Assembly (NCBI GenBank): GCA_040217195.1 | Contig: JAVJNR010000002.1 | Coordinates: forward strand, 192,001 to 256,000 | Source: Leptospiraceae bacterium | Lineage (GTDB): Bacteria > Spirochaetota > Leptospiria > Leptospirales > Leptonemataceae | Length of the DNA: 64,000 nucleotides | Reading direction: 5' to 3' | Part shown: piece after piece, positions 1 through 10,159 of the stretch | Numbering within the stretch: the first letter of the stretch is position 1 | Layout: every line of letters begins with the position of its first letter | Notes under the pieces: model-generated | What the model saw: the letters and a program-made list of their open reading frames with translations, nothing else | What the model was told of the DNA's origin: nothing | The model's database searches: none | Translations under genes and position numbers: made by a program

Positions 1-17
1 CTTCAGCCCTGGAGAGT

Positions 18-2273
18 ATGGATCGAGCCATTCCAGATCTTGTGGTCATGGATGTGCGCCTCCGAGGTGATATGGATGGCATTGATACAGCGCTCATAGT
101 TCAAAAAGATTACAGCGTCCCCGTTGTTTATGTTACCGGCCAGTCGGATCCTGGTACATTAGATCGCATTCAGAGTAGTCATCCATTTGGTTTCTTGCTC
201 AAGCCCTTTGAGGCCCGGGAACTGGATACAGTGATTCGGATTGCTCTGAATCGGCATCACCTGGAACAGGATCTTTCAGCCAGCGAATTCAGAAATCGAC
301 TCTTATTTGAACTGGCATCGGATGGAATCTTGATCGCGGACCAAACCGGCGTGGTGAAACGAGCCAATGGCCGAATTTCCGATCTTACAGGCCTGCCTAA
401 AACCGAATTGCTGGGTAAGTTCTTCTGGGAGCCTTTTGAAGTGGATACTGAATCTCTGGCAGTGGATCGAGGAAAAGTACGATTCGTGGAAACCGTACAT
501 CGGCCAGCCCGGGGAGCTCCCACACCTGTAGAGTTATCCATCTCCGTACTGCCTGGAAGAATGATTCAAGTACTGGTTCGGGATTTGAGAAATCAAAAGA
601 AAGGCCAGGAGCAGATGCAACTTCTGGCTCGAGTCTTTGATAGCATAGTGGAAGGTGTTTTTGTTTCGGATCGAGATAGGAATCTTATAACTGGAAACCG
701 TGCCTTTATGGCAATCAGCGGCTATGAACTGTCCGAACTTCAGGGAAAAAACGTTTCCGTATTTCGCTCCGAACAGCATTCCCGATCATTCTATAGTAAT
801 CTCTGGAGGGACCTGGAGCATCAGGGTAAATGGGAAGGTGAACTGATCATTCGAAAGAAAAGCGGCGAAGAGGAGGAGCAGTGGGCCTCTCTTTCTGCGA
901 TCCGAGATGATAACGGGCAGATTTCTCACTTTGTAGGAATCTTCATCGATCTTACGGAGCGAAAGCGGTATGAGGATAGACTGTATTATCTGGCTCATCA
1001 TGATTCTTTAACAGATCTACCCAATCGATCATTGTTTGCTCAAAGGCTGGATCGAGCGTTGAACCAGGCTCAAAGATCGGGGCAGCGATTTGCTCTGTTT
1101 TTTCTGGATCTGGACAAATTCAAGCGGATCAATGACACCTATGGTCATGAGGCCGGGGATCGACTACTGTGCGAAACTGCGGATCGACTTCGAAGAACTC
1201 TGCGAAAAGGTGATACGGTTTCAAGGTTCGGAGGAGATGAATTCAATATTCTGGTAGAAGATATCCGAGAGCTAGAGGATGTGAGCGTTGTAGCGGAAAA
1301 GGTGATAAAATCACTGGAAGAGCCCATGGCTTTCGAAGGCAAACATCATCGAATATCTCCGAGTATTGGAATTTCCATATATCCAGAGGATGGACTTACC
1401 GCAGAAGAGCTACTGCGGTCCGCGGATCGAAGCATGTACAGAGCCAAAGGAGATGGCGGAGATAGTTATCGCTTCGCAAGCAAGAAGCTCAATCTTCGTT
1501 CTCTAGAAAGGGAGTTGTTGTATTCAGGCCTGGAGCATGGCCTGGAAGCCGGGCAATTCATCGTTCGGTACAATCCAATCCTTAGTGTATCTGAAAAGCG
1601 TTGTATTGCCGCCCAGGTGGGTCTTTACTGGAACCATCCTGAGCTGGGCCTTCTTTCATCCAGTCGGTTTCAAAAGGTTATTGAGGACTCATCCATAGCT
1701 GGAAACTTCAATCGGTATACAATTGAAAAAATGCTTATCGATGTTGAGCAGTGGGATCTGGAATCCGAAGCATATCCCCTTTTATTAGTGTCATCCAGTT
1801 CGGCCTGCATACATCCGGAAGCCATGATGGAGCTTCTCGAAAGCTCCGCGCTTCAGCCCCGGAATATGCAACATGTTGCCCTGGAAATGGAGGAACGGGA
1901 GCTTCGAGAAATGACAGATACACATCCAGATTACCTACAGTTACTGGAACAAAGAAGCATGACGGTTGCAGTTCGCGATCCGGGCACAGGCTATTTAAGT
2001 CTGCAGGAATTGAATCGGTTGCCCCTATCCATGCTAAAAGCTGGAGCGGAGAGAGTGCATCGTATGGATGAAAATCCGCTGGAAAGGTCTGTGTTTCAAA
2101 TCACAGCCGGTATGGCCCATACTCTGAAGGTGCCGCTGGTAGCTGAAGGAGTGCATTCTGGAGCTATGCTTTCATTGCTCGAGGAGCTGGATTGTGATGC
2201 CTACCAGGGTTCCTTAACAGGGCCACCGTTGAGCGGCCCGGATTTCCATTCACAGCTATTGAACCAGGGTTAA
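18..2273 (+). CDS. REC-PAS-PAS-GGDEF-(degenerate EAL) diguanylate cyclase; probably 5'-truncated by the window edge
   Basis: N-terminal receiver motifs (PDLVVMD, FLLKPF), two PAS-like segments, HDSLTDLPNR, RKGD...SRFGGDEF; EAL-like C-terminus (AEGV) lacking the EAL and DDFGTG motifs; frame is open upstream of 18. Confidence 0.9.
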   Translation: MDRAIPDLVVMDVRLRGDMDGIDTALIVQKDYSVPVVYVTGQSDPGTLDRIQSSHPFGFLLKPFEARELDTVIRIALNRHHLEQDLSASEFRNRLLFELASDGILIADQTGVVKRANGRISDLTGLPKTELLGKFFWEPFEVDTESLAVDRGKVRFVETVHRPARGAPTPVELSISVLPGRMIQVLVRDLRNQKKGQEQMQLLARVFDSIVEGVFVSDRDRNLITGNRAFMAISGYELSELQGKNVSVFRSEQHSRSFYSNLWRDLEHQGKWEGELIIRKKSGEEEEQWASLSAIRDDNGQISHFVGIFIDLTERKRYEDRLYYLAHHDSLTDLPNRSLFAQRLDRALNQAQRSGQRFALFFLDLDKFKRINDTYGHEAGDRLLCETADRLRRTLRKGDTVSRFGGDEFNILVEDIRELEDVSVVAEKVIKSLEEPMAFEGKHHRISPSIGISIYPEDGLTAEELLRSADRSMYRAKGDGGDSYRFASKKLNLRSLERELLYSGLEHGLEAGQFIVRYNPILSVSEKRCIAAQVGLYWNHPELGLLSSSRFQKVIEDSSIAGNFNRYTIEKMLIDVEQWDLESEAYPLLLVSSSSACIHPEAMMELLESSALQPRNMQHVALEMEERELREMTDTHPDYLQLLEQRSMTVAVRDPGTGYLSLQELNRLPLSMLKAGAERVHRMDENPLERSVFQITAGMAHTLKVPLVAEGVHSGAMLSLLEELDCDAYQGSLTGPPLSGPDFHSQLLNQG

Positions 2274-2354
2274 CTCAAATGCCGGCCCCTTTCATGATCG
2301 AGGCTTTCCTGGAAAAAGCTTGAACGGATGATGAGAAAGAAGCTCCCATCCAAC

Positions 2355-2819
2355 ATGGCATTAACCGAAAACTCAATCGCACCGGATTTCACTCTACCGT
2401 CGGACGATGGCTCGAATTTCAGTCTACATACATGCAATGAGCCGGTGCTTCTAGTCTTTTATCCGGGAGACAATACTCCAGTCTGTACAGCGCAACTTTG
2501 CGACTATCGGGACAACATTTCAGCTTTCCAGGGGCTGGGGATCAAAGTTGTGGGCATAAGCAAGGATGATCAGAATTCGCATCAGGCCTTTAAAGAAAAG
2601 CATAAGCTCCCATTCGCATTACTCACTGATGCAGAATGCCAGGTTGCCGAGCAGTACGGAGCCAAATCATTTATGGGCGGAATGAAGCGTGGAGTCGTCC
2701 TGGTGGCTTCGGATAACAAAATTCTATATTCACACATCGAAAGTGTGGCACTCTTCAAACGTAGTGCTGAGGAACTGAAAGATGTGCTGGAACATTTGAA
2801 GAAAGAAGGAAAGGTTTAA
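2355..2819 (+). CDS. bcp: Peroxiredoxin, Bcp/PrxQ (AhpC/TSA) family
   Basis: APDFTL, FYPGDNTPVCTAQLC; ATG 2355 preferred over 2328. Confidence 0.85.
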   Translation: MALTENSIAPDFTLPSDDGSNFSLHTCNEPVLLVFYPGDNTPVCTAQLCDYRDNISAFQGLGIKVVGISKDDQNSHQAFKEKHKLPFALLTDAECQVAEQYGAKSFMGGMKRGVVLVASDNKILYSHIESVALFKRSAEELKDVLEHLKKEGKV

Positions 2820-3766
2820 TGCACATTGTACGGGAACTGGAAGACTTTCTTCCGTTCTGGGATCGGGCCAGTCTAACCCTGGGTGTATTCGATGGGATGC
2901 ATCGAGGTCATCAGAAAATCATTCAGAGAGTGCAGAAAAGAAGCAAAGGTGCCCGGCATGCCCGGGTTCTGGTAACCTATCATCCTCATCCTGACATTGT
3001 CCTGGGAAAACGGGAGTCCGTCCGAGGGGCTGAGCTGTTCACCTATGAGGAAAAGCTGGCGTTGTTTCAGAAGTTTTCTCTGGATGTAGTAGTATTTCTT
3101 CCATTTACTCCTGAGCTGGCTCGGATGACCGCTTTGCGCTATTTGCGCGAAATCCTGCTGGGAAAACTCAGGGCCAAGAGTATTGTCATTGGCTATGACC
3201 AATGCTTCGGACGCGGTCGAAAAGGGGACTATGAATTCCTGAAGTTAATGAGTCGTAAATATGATTTCCAGGTAGATCGTATAGAAGCTGTTAAGAGCAA
3301 AGGGGAGATAATCTCAACTTCAAGGATACGAGGAGAGATTCAGAAGGGCTCCGTGGTGGAAGCCAACCGGCTTCTGGGTCATGATTACTTTCTCACCGGT
3401 ACTGTGGTTCGTGGATTTCAGCGCGGACAGACCATCGGCTTTCCTACAGCGAATCTGGAAGTGGCTGAAACAAAACTTATCCCGGCGGAAGGTGTTTATG
3501 GCGTTGTCTGTGAATGGGGCGGACAACATTACCGAGCCATGGTCAACATCGGTCGGAACCCAACGTTTAAGAATCAGCAAATGTCAATTGAAGCCCATTT
3601 ACTAGGTTTCAATGGAGATCTCTACGGAGAGACGTTGAGAATGTACTTTCTGCACAGATTGAGAGATGAGCTAACCTTTGGATCGGTGAATGATCTAAAG
3701 GAACAACTTCAAAAAGATCAAAAGTCCACAGAGGCCATGAGCGTACCCAGGTACTATTCATTGTAA
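2819..3766 (+). CDS. ribF: Bifunctional riboflavin kinase/FAD synthetase
   Basis: GVFDGMHRGHQ, ISTSRIR, GFPTANL, NIGRNPTF, IEAHLL. Confidence 0.97.
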   Translation: MHIVRELEDFLPFWDRASLTLGVFDGMHRGHQKIIQRVQKRSKGARHARVLVTYHPHPDIVLGKRESVRGAELFTYEEKLALFQKFSLDVVVFLPFTPELARMTALRYLREILLGKLRAKSIVIGYDQCFGRGRKGDYEFLKLMSRKYDFQVDRIEAVKSKGEIISTSRIRGEIQKGSVVEANRLLGHDYFLTGTVVRGFQRGQTIGFPTANLEVAETKLIPAEGVYGVVCEWGGQHYRAMVNIGRNPTFKNQQMSIEAHLLGFNGDLYGETLRMYFLHRLRDELTFGSVNDLKEQLQKDQKSTEAMSVPRYYSL

Positions 3767-3857
3767 GTTAGTAACCTGTGGAAAATTTTTTGCCCGGAAC
3801 CTGACGCTATGTTCGAAAAAATGTTGATCTGCATTGGCCCGACCGTCAATAATGGAG

Positions 3858-3940
3858 TACGTCTTCGGACGTAATAAAAAAGAACGGTGGCTAAGCCCAA
3901 GGGATTAGTCACCAAAAGAATGGGTGAAAACCCAGGAGGA
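3858..3940 (+). promoter_or_regulatory. Structured 5' leader of the lipase gene (three hairpins, then SD)
   Basis: tacgtc-TTCG-gacgta (3858-3873); ggtggctaa..ttagtcacc (3886-3913); tgggt-GAAA-accca (3921-3934); SD ggagga 3935-3940. Confidence 0.55.
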
Positions 3941-3948
3941 GTGTTTAT

Positions 3949-4881
3949 ATGAAGAAGCTGGCGTTCAAGCTAGCCTGTTTTGCTGTGCTCTCTCTGGTTC
4001 CTGCTGGCCTGATGGCTGGTGGAGGATCTTCAGAGAAGCCACTTGCAGGAAGCTATCCTATCGTGCTATCGCACGGACTATTCGGATGGGGGGATTCTGA
4101 TTCTCCCGGTGTAATCAGCATTGTGGAATACTGGGGTGGTATGGATGACTACCTGCGCGGAGAAGGTGTGGCCGTTTATGCGCCCACTAAAACTGCTACT
4201 CAATCCAATGAGTATCGCGCACAAGAGCTAAAGAATAAGATTAACTACTGGATGGCTGCTAATGGCTATTCCAAGGTTCATATCCTGGGCCACTCCCAGG
4301 GCGGTCTGGATAGCCGATACATGGTGTCCAACCTTGGTATGGCCTCCAAGATCTCTTCACTAACTACCTTGAATACTCCGCATCGCGGAAGTCCCATCGC
4401 AGACATTACAAATTCTGTAATTCCTGATTGGCTTAAGCCAAGCGTTGGAGCTGTTCTAGGCGTTATCACTGACATCGTATATGGTGGCGGCGAGCAAGAT
4501 GCTCTGGCTGCTCTGGATTCTCTGACCAAAAGCGGACTGGCAGTGTTCAATCAAAACACACCTAACCGTTCCGGAGTTGATTATTTCTCTTATGGTTCCA
4601 ACATCACAATTACTGATATAGTGCAGCACCCACTGATGGGAATTCTACATCCTATTTGTGGTCTGGGCGGAACTTTCAACGGACAGGGCTTCAAGAATGA
4701 TGGTCTGGTTCCAGATTCTTCTCAAAAATGGGGAACCTGGAAAGGTGGACCAAGCTATTCCTGGTATGTAACTGGTGTAGACCACCTTCAGGCTTCCAAC
4801 ACTCTGTACAGCGGAGAGCTGTGGTATGATGTTGAGGCTTATTATCTGAAGATGGCAAAAAACGCCAAAAACAGCCAGTAA
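3949..4881 (+). CDS. Secreted triacylglycerol lipase (family I-type alpha/beta hydrolase)
   Basis: Signal peptide, YPIVLSHG, GHSQGG nucleophile, TPHRGS, NDGLV, VDHL. Confidence 0.93.
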   Translation: MKKLAFKLACFAVLSLVPAGLMAGGGSSEKPLAGSYPIVLSHGLFGWGDSDSPGVISIVEYWGGMDDYLRGEGVAVYAPTKTATQSNEYRAQELKNKINYWMAANGYSKVHILGHSQGGLDSRYMVSNLGMASKISSLTTLNTPHRGSPIADITNSVIPDWLKPSVGAVLGVITDIVYGGGEQDALAALDSLTKSGLAVFNQNTPNRSGVDYFSYGSNITITDIVQHPLMGILHPICGLGGTFNGQGFKNDGLVPDSSQKWGTWKGGPSYSWYVTGVDHLQASNTLYSGELWYDVEAYYLKMAKNAKNSQ

Positions 4882-4890
4882 GCAGAGCCA

Positions 4891-4926
4891 AAGCCGGGTC
4901 GCTATCGTTGCGGCTCGGCTTTTTTG
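4891..4926 (+). terminator. Rho-independent terminator after the lipase
   Basis: aagccgggtcgc/gcggctcggctt stem followed by a T run. Confidence 0.85.
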
Positions 4927-5013
4927 TTGCCCGATTCCGCTCCGCTCTTTAAGAAAGGTCCAAACAGATTCTGCTCACAGATCTGACCGATTCCATTTGA
5001 AGTAAGATTAATT

Positions 5014-6048
5014 ATGAAAAACAAGACCCCGTTATTTTTGATTGGTGGCATTCTATTCGTTCTTGTGGTTGTGCTTTTTTATGTCATGCAGCCAGGAGGC
5101 GATTACTCAGAAGCCCCGGACCTGGAAGCTATAGACCAGGAAGAGCAAGCTCTATTGAACAACATGTCCGATGAGGAACGTTCTCGCCTTAAGGATGAAG
5201 CACTGCTAATGTTTGATCAACCCGGATATCTAACATTTGAAGAAATTATGGCCGGAGCCAGGAATGGTAAAGTGAAGCTTGTAAGTGAGCTATGGAAGCT
5301 CCGTCGACGTTGTCCTCCTGAATTAAGCCCGGAAGAATGTAATCTGCGAATTAAGATCTTCCTTCGAGAAAAATTTCAACCTGGTGGAGAAAAGCTGGCT
5401 CGATTGTTTGCCTACTATGTGCGATATGAAGGCCATATGCGCTCCGAAAAGCCGCCCGAGGGTCTGAGTCCTGAGGAGCAATACGAATGGATTAAAGGCC
5501 AGCGCCGGAAGGTAATGGGCGAAGAGGCTGCAAGTCTGATCTATGGCTACGAAGAGGCTCGTGTTGATTTCCGTGGAAAATTCCAGGAGTTCATGGATGA
5601 CACGAAAGGACTGTCAGCCGATGAGCGAATCAAGAAATACGAGCAGTTTAGAAGAGATCATTACGGCAATTACTACGAAACGATAAAGGAGCGGGAGCCC
5701 AAATTCAATACTTACGATGTGGAAATGACCCTGCGCGAAGAGCAACTTTCAGGGATGAATTCTTCGGAGCGAGATGCAAAGGTTCGGGAAATGAGAGTCT
5801 CTTATTTCGGTGAAGAAGCCGCCAGGAGAATGGAGGCTGTGGATCAAGAGATTCAAGAAGACCAGGAACGGAAGGATGCATACCAGGATGCCAAAGCCAA
5901 GCTTCTGGAGGCCAACCCATCCGCAAGTCCTGCAGAGCGCGAATCCATGCTAGCTCAACTGAGAAAAGAATACTTTAGCGCTGAAGAAGCGGAGGCCATG
6001 GCAAGGCGCGAAAAGATGCGGCAGGAAATGGATCAGTTAAAAGAATAG
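5014..6048 (+). CDS. Lipase secretion chaperone (Lif/lipase modulator-like)
   Basis: N-terminal membrane anchor, helical charged body with repeated R..(Y/M)FGEEAA-type motifs, directly downstream of a family I lipase. Confidence 0.75.
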   Translation: MKNKTPLFLIGGILFVLVVVLFYVMQPGGDYSEAPDLEAIDQEEQALLNNMSDEERSRLKDEALLMFDQPGYLTFEEIMAGARNGKVKLVSELWKLRRRCPPELSPEECNLRIKIFLREKFQPGGEKLARLFAYYVRYEGHMRSEKPPEGLSPEEQYEWIKGQRRKVMGEEAASLIYGYEEARVDFRGKFQEFMDDTKGLSADERIKKYEQFRRDHYGNYYETIKEREPKFNTYDVEMTLREEQLSGMNSSERDAKVREMRVSYFGEEAARRMEAVDQEIQEDQERKDAYQDAKAKLLEANPSASPAERESMLAQLRKEYFSAEEAEAMARREKMRQEMDQLKE

Positions 6049-6053
6049 TCCGA

Positions 6054-8018
6054 GTGGCCAAAAAAAAGAAAAAGAAATCGGGGGGCTCTTCTGATCTCGG
6101 AAGTAGCTTCCTGAATCACAATTATACCGGTTATTCATTCTATCTGCTTGGCATTCCCCTGGCAGGCTATCTATTCTCCTTATCCCTGGCCCCGGTAAGC
6201 AGCGGTTGGGCCGGTCTGGGAAGCATGCTAATTTTTATGGCCCTTGCCCGGTACATCTACCGCGGCAGCCCCTGGCTCATGCTTTTCACTGCCTGGTTAC
6301 TCTCCTTGAGCTTTCAGCTATTCGCCTTCTACTGGATACCCGGAACCATTCAATTCTATGCCGGAACCAGCCGGGAGGCGGCTACAGTTTATGCGCTGTT
6401 GTACTCCCTGGTTTACCAGCTTCGGGTATTGATTCTATTTGCTGGATTCTGGCTTTCCTTTCGCTTTACAAAAACTAGCCTGGCAATCGTTGCTCTGGCC
6501 GCCCTTCTGGGAGATGGACTGGCTCCACAGGTATTCAACTGGTACTGGGGGAATATGACCGAAGGCTGGGAACTCTGGAGCCAGCTGGCAGCTCTTGGCG
6601 GTGTTTTTCTTCCAGGTGCCTTATTACCTGTACTGGTGCGCTTACTCTATGATCTTCTGGCTGAGGTTTTATCTCTTCGGAATAAGGGTCCTGGAATTCT
6701 AAACCTGATTCAATCGTATTTGAAAGAACCCGGGAGCTCATCCCGGGACCAGCCAGTGGCGGGGGACTCATCTTCGCAGTCAGCGCAGAATGAATCGACT
6801 TTATCTAGTTCTGTTCGGTGGAAGTGCAGCCTTTCCACTGCTGTATTGCTGCTGCTAATTCTAATCCATGGCTTCTGGAATGTGTACAGGGTGGAGAAGG
6901 CTATTGCAGTGGGGAAAGATCGTGGTAGTTTAAACGTGGCCATGCTTCAGACTGGAACATCGCGCAAGATGCTTGGAAGTCTTAGCGATTACGATCATGC
7001 CGCATCTTCCATGAATCGAGTTGTGAACCAGTCTCTGGAAGTGATTCAAAAGAGTGGTGCTGCCCTGGATTTAATCATTCTACCCGAGTCTGCTATTCCC
7101 TATCACGGAATTTCACCGGGTCAGAAAGGTTATTCCGTAACCATGCATTCCCTTCTTTCCTTTATCTATGGAACCGCCCAGACTCCGCTTTTGTTTAACC
7201 AGCTTCAGCATAATAAGCAGGATGAGTCTCTTACATATAATACAGCCTCACTCATGGATCCGGGCCACAGGACGCAGCAGCATTATCGAAAAAGAGTGCT
7301 AATTCCCTATGGCGAATATCTACCCCTTGAGACTGTATTTCCCTGGCTAAGGAGTATCTTTCCGGGAGCAGGAAGATATTCGCCTGAGAATCGCGATCAG
7401 AATCTCACCATGGATATGACCTATTATCCGGATCGTCCGAGAGTGCAATTATTGACCGCGCAACAGGCTGGTCTCCAGGATCCAGCCAGTCTATGGGCCA
7501 ATCCAGGAGATTCATTGCGAGCCGGTTCAATGATGTATTCTAAATCTCTGGGCGAATCCCCATCTGAGTCAGTCGAATTCAGTTATAGGAGAAATGCAAA
7601 GAATCTAAAATTTGCCCTTCTGATTTGCTATGAAGATCTAATTCCGGAGTTATCCGTAAGTGCATTTCTGGACGAGTCACCGGATTTCATAGTGAACATC
7701 AGCAATGATTCCTGGCTGAGCGATAAACGAGCCATGCAGCAGCATTACGGAGCAGCACGATTTCGGGCTATTGAAACCGGTCGATTTCTGTTACGCACCA
7801 CGTTAACCGGGATATCTGGAATCATGGATCCGGCGGGTAGAGATTACGTGGAGCCCACGGAGGTTAATCAAAGGGGAACTCTTGTGGAAAAGGTACCTCT
7901 GCAGGGCTCGGTGCAGACATTGTACGCCAGCCTGGGGCCCTGGGCCTGGAGAATCCAGGTGTTGCTCTCTCTTCTTGTTCTGGGCTTTATAGCCCTAACA
8001 GTTCGATTACAGAAATAG
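6054..8018 (+). CDS. lnt: Apolipoprotein N-acyltransferase
   Basis: Multi-TM N-terminus; nitrilase-fold triad LPES, YRKRVLIPYGEY, ICYED; NISND, FRAIETGR. Confidence 0.92.
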   Translation: MAKKKKKKSGGSSDLGSSFLNHNYTGYSFYLLGIPLAGYLFSLSLAPVSSGWAGLGSMLIFMALARYIYRGSPWLMLFTAWLLSLSFQLFAFYWIPGTIQFYAGTSREAATVYALLYSLVYQLRVLILFAGFWLSFRFTKTSLAIVALAALLGDGLAPQVFNWYWGNMTEGWELWSQLAALGGVFLPGALLPVLVRLLYDLLAEVLSLRNKGPGILNLIQSYLKEPGSSSRDQPVAGDSSSQSAQNESTLSSSVRWKCSLSTAVLLLLILIHGFWNVYRVEKAIAVGKDRGSLNVAMLQTGTSRKMLGSLSDYDHAASSMNRVVNQSLEVIQKSGAALDLIILPESAIPYHGISPGQKGYSVTMHSLLSFIYGTAQTPLLFNQLQHNKQDESLTYNTASLMDPGHRTQQHYRKRVLIPYGEYLPLETVFPWLRSIFPGAGRYSPENRDQNLTMDMTYYPDRPRVQLLTAQQAGLQDPASLWANPGDSLRAGSMMYSKSLGESPSESVEFSYRRNAKNLKFALLICYEDLIPELSVSAFLDESPDFIVNISNDSWLSDKRAMQQHYGAARFRAIETGRFLLRTTLTGISGIMDPAGRDYVEPTEVNQRGTLVEKVPLQGSVQTLYASLGPWAWRIQVLLSLLVLGFIALTVRLQK

Positions 8019-9072
8019 AAATCGAAGCGGCGGATGTAAGTCCTGGACTCTCGATGCCCAGCAAATGAATCCAGGGCCCATCCTGTTTCATATAAAAGTC
8101 TCTGTGATCCTTTCCGTTGATGCGTAATCGGGGGCGAATCCCTGCATAGCCAGCAGTTAGATCGTCAGGACCATAACCATCCAGTATATTGCTCAGAGAT
8201 TCAGCAAACTCTGCGGCCGACTGAGTAATGCGATAATCCTCTTTCGTGTCTGCACCAATGGCATTTGGGCCTGCATAAGCATCACCCCCTGGATGAAATG
8301 TATAATGCACTCCCAGAGCCGTAGAATCAGGGTCTGGCAGGGGATAGACCAGTTTTCCTACTGAATGGGTATTTTTCAGGCGATAATACTCACCCCTTAC
8401 CGGTACAATTTCCATACCGTCCAGTCCGGCCAGGGCAGCTATCTGATCTGAATACAAGCCCGCTGCATTTACAACTATAGAAGCTTCAACGGACTCTTCG
8501 TTTCCAGCTGAGTCCTGCAGTAGTATTTCGCAACCTTCGTGGTTTGTCCGGGCGGACGTTGCCTTCCTGCCATTAAGCCAGGATACACCTTCTGCTTGAG
8601 CTTCCGCTTGAATGGAATGGAGGTAGGCGGCGGCATCGCATACACCCGTATTGGGACTCAGGATGGCTGCATTTCCCTGAACACCGGCGAACCTCTTTCC
8701 CGGGCTGGATAAGATACTGAGATCCCGGGCTCCGATTCGTTCTGCATTCGCCTTCAGTGCTTCTAGTTTTTCAATAGAATCTTTACTGGCATTGCGTCCT
8801 GTGGTTATGAGTTTGCCACAGATTTCATGGGGAAGCTTTTTGGATTTTAGATACTCCAGGGTAAGAGCATATCCTCGTATGCAATGAAACGCTTTGAGGG
8901 AGTCAGGGGCATAGTAGATACCTGCATGCAGGACGCCGGAATTTCTACCCGAGGTTGCATCCCCGGGCTGATGCGAAAGATCGCATAAGGCCACGGATAA
9001 TCCTGCCCTGGCCGCCCGAAGGGCCACCCAGCTTCCAACAATTCCGCCGCCAATAATCAGTACGTCTAAAAT
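7987..9072 (-). CDS. FAD-dependent oxidoreductase, L-2-hydroxyglutarate oxidase (LhgO)-like; proposed ATT start
   Basis: TSGRNSGVLHAGIYY, VNAAGLYSD, PVRGEY, YAGIRP, GIESPGLTS; the GGGIVG FAD motif lies upstream of the ORF-track start 9027. Confidence 0.88.
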   Translation of the reverse strand: MLDVLIIGGGIVGSWVALRAARAGLSVALCDLSHQPGDATSGRNSGVLHAGIYYAPDSLKAFHCIRGYALTLEYLKSKKLPHEICGKLITTGRNASKDSIEKLEALKANAERIGARDLSILSSPGKRFAGVQGNAAILSPNTGVCDAAAYLHSIQAEAQAEGVSWLNGRKATSARTNHEGCEILLQDSAGNEESVEASIVVNAAGLYSDQIAALAGLDGMEIVPVRGEYYRLKNTHSVGKLVYPLPDPDSTALGVHYTFHPGGDAYAGPNAIGADTKEDYRITQSAAEFAESLSNILDGYGPDDLTAGYAGIRPRLRINGKDHRDFYMKQDGPWIHLLGIESPGLTSAASISISVIELLGL

Positions 9073-9118
9073 ATAGCTAACCTCAAATCAGTAGAATTAT
9101 TCTGATTGAGAAGTCTCG

Positions 9119-10048
9119 TCAAAGATGACGAAAGTAGTCAATGGTTCGCTTCAGTCCTGCCTCCAGAGGAGCAGTGATTTCATAACCAAACAATTTTCGT
9201 GCCAGACCGAGATCCGGTCGTCGTCTTGTAGGGTCATCCTGTGGCAAGGGCTGATTTACCACCCTGGACTGGCTTTCCGTAAGTCGAATTACTTCCTTTG
9301 CCAGCTCTTGAACTGTGAATTCTCCATCATTACCCAGATTCACCGGGCCGGTATGTCCTTCCGTCTTCATGAATCGAACGATGCCGTTTACCAGGTCATC
9401 GACATAGCAGAAGGATCGAGTCTGGGTTCCATCTCCGTAAATGGTTATATCTTCACCCTTTAACGCCTGGACAATAAAGTTGGAGACCACTCTTCCATCC
9501 GCCGGATCCATTCTGGGGCCGTAGGTATTGAAGATTCGGATTACACGAATATCCACACCATGCATTCTGTTATAGTCAAAGCACAATGTTTCTGCTGCTC
9601 TTTTGCCCTCATCGTAGCAAGCTCTAATGCCTATTGGGTTCACGCTTCCTCTGTAGGATTCCGGCTGCGGATGCACTTCCGGATCTCCGTATACTTCGGA
9701 CGTACTGGCCTGAAGAATTCGCGCTCCGGTGCGTTTGGCAAGGCCCAGAAGATTCATGGTGCCCAGGACAGAAGTCTTCATTGTTTTTACTGGATTGGCC
9801 TGATAGTGTACAGGACTGGCCGGACAGGCCATATTGTAAATTCGGTCTACCTCAATGCGAATCGGTTCCGTTATATCGTGTCTGATTAGTTCGAAGTTCT
9901 TATTGCCGAGCAGATGCTGGATATTCCTTCGTCTGCCGGTAAAAAAATTGTCCAGACAGATTACATAATCTCCCTGCTCTAGAAGCTTTTCGCAGAGGTG
10001 AGATCCAATAAAGCCGGCGCCACCGGTTACAAGTGCTGTATGAGCCAT
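9119..10048 (-). CDS. UDP-glucuronate decarboxylase family extended SDR
   Basis: [45 protein letters not shown]. Confidence 0.95.
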   Translation of the reverse strand: MAHTALVTGGAGFIGSHLCEKLLEQGDYVICLDNFFTGRRRNIQHLLGNKNFELIRHDITEPIRIEVDRIYNMACPASPVHYQANPVKTMKTSVLGTMNLLGLAKRTGARILQASTSEVYGDPEVHPQPESYRGSVNPIGIRACYDEGKRAAETLCFDYNRMHGVDIRVIRIFNTYGPRMDPADGRVVSNFIVQALKGEDITIYGDGTQTRSFCYVDDLVNGIVRFMKTEGHTGPVNLGNDGEFTVQELAKEVIRLTESQSRVVNQPLPQDDPTRRRPDLGLARKLFGYEITAPLEAGLKRTIDYFRHL

Positions 10049-10159
10049 CCAATACAGGGATGTTCCAGGGCCAGCACAAGCAACCAGAATTCAAACAGGA
10101 ATTCCCGATAGGGCCCAGCAAAGTCACCCCTAATAGCTGAGGGGCCGGGAAATTCCTGG

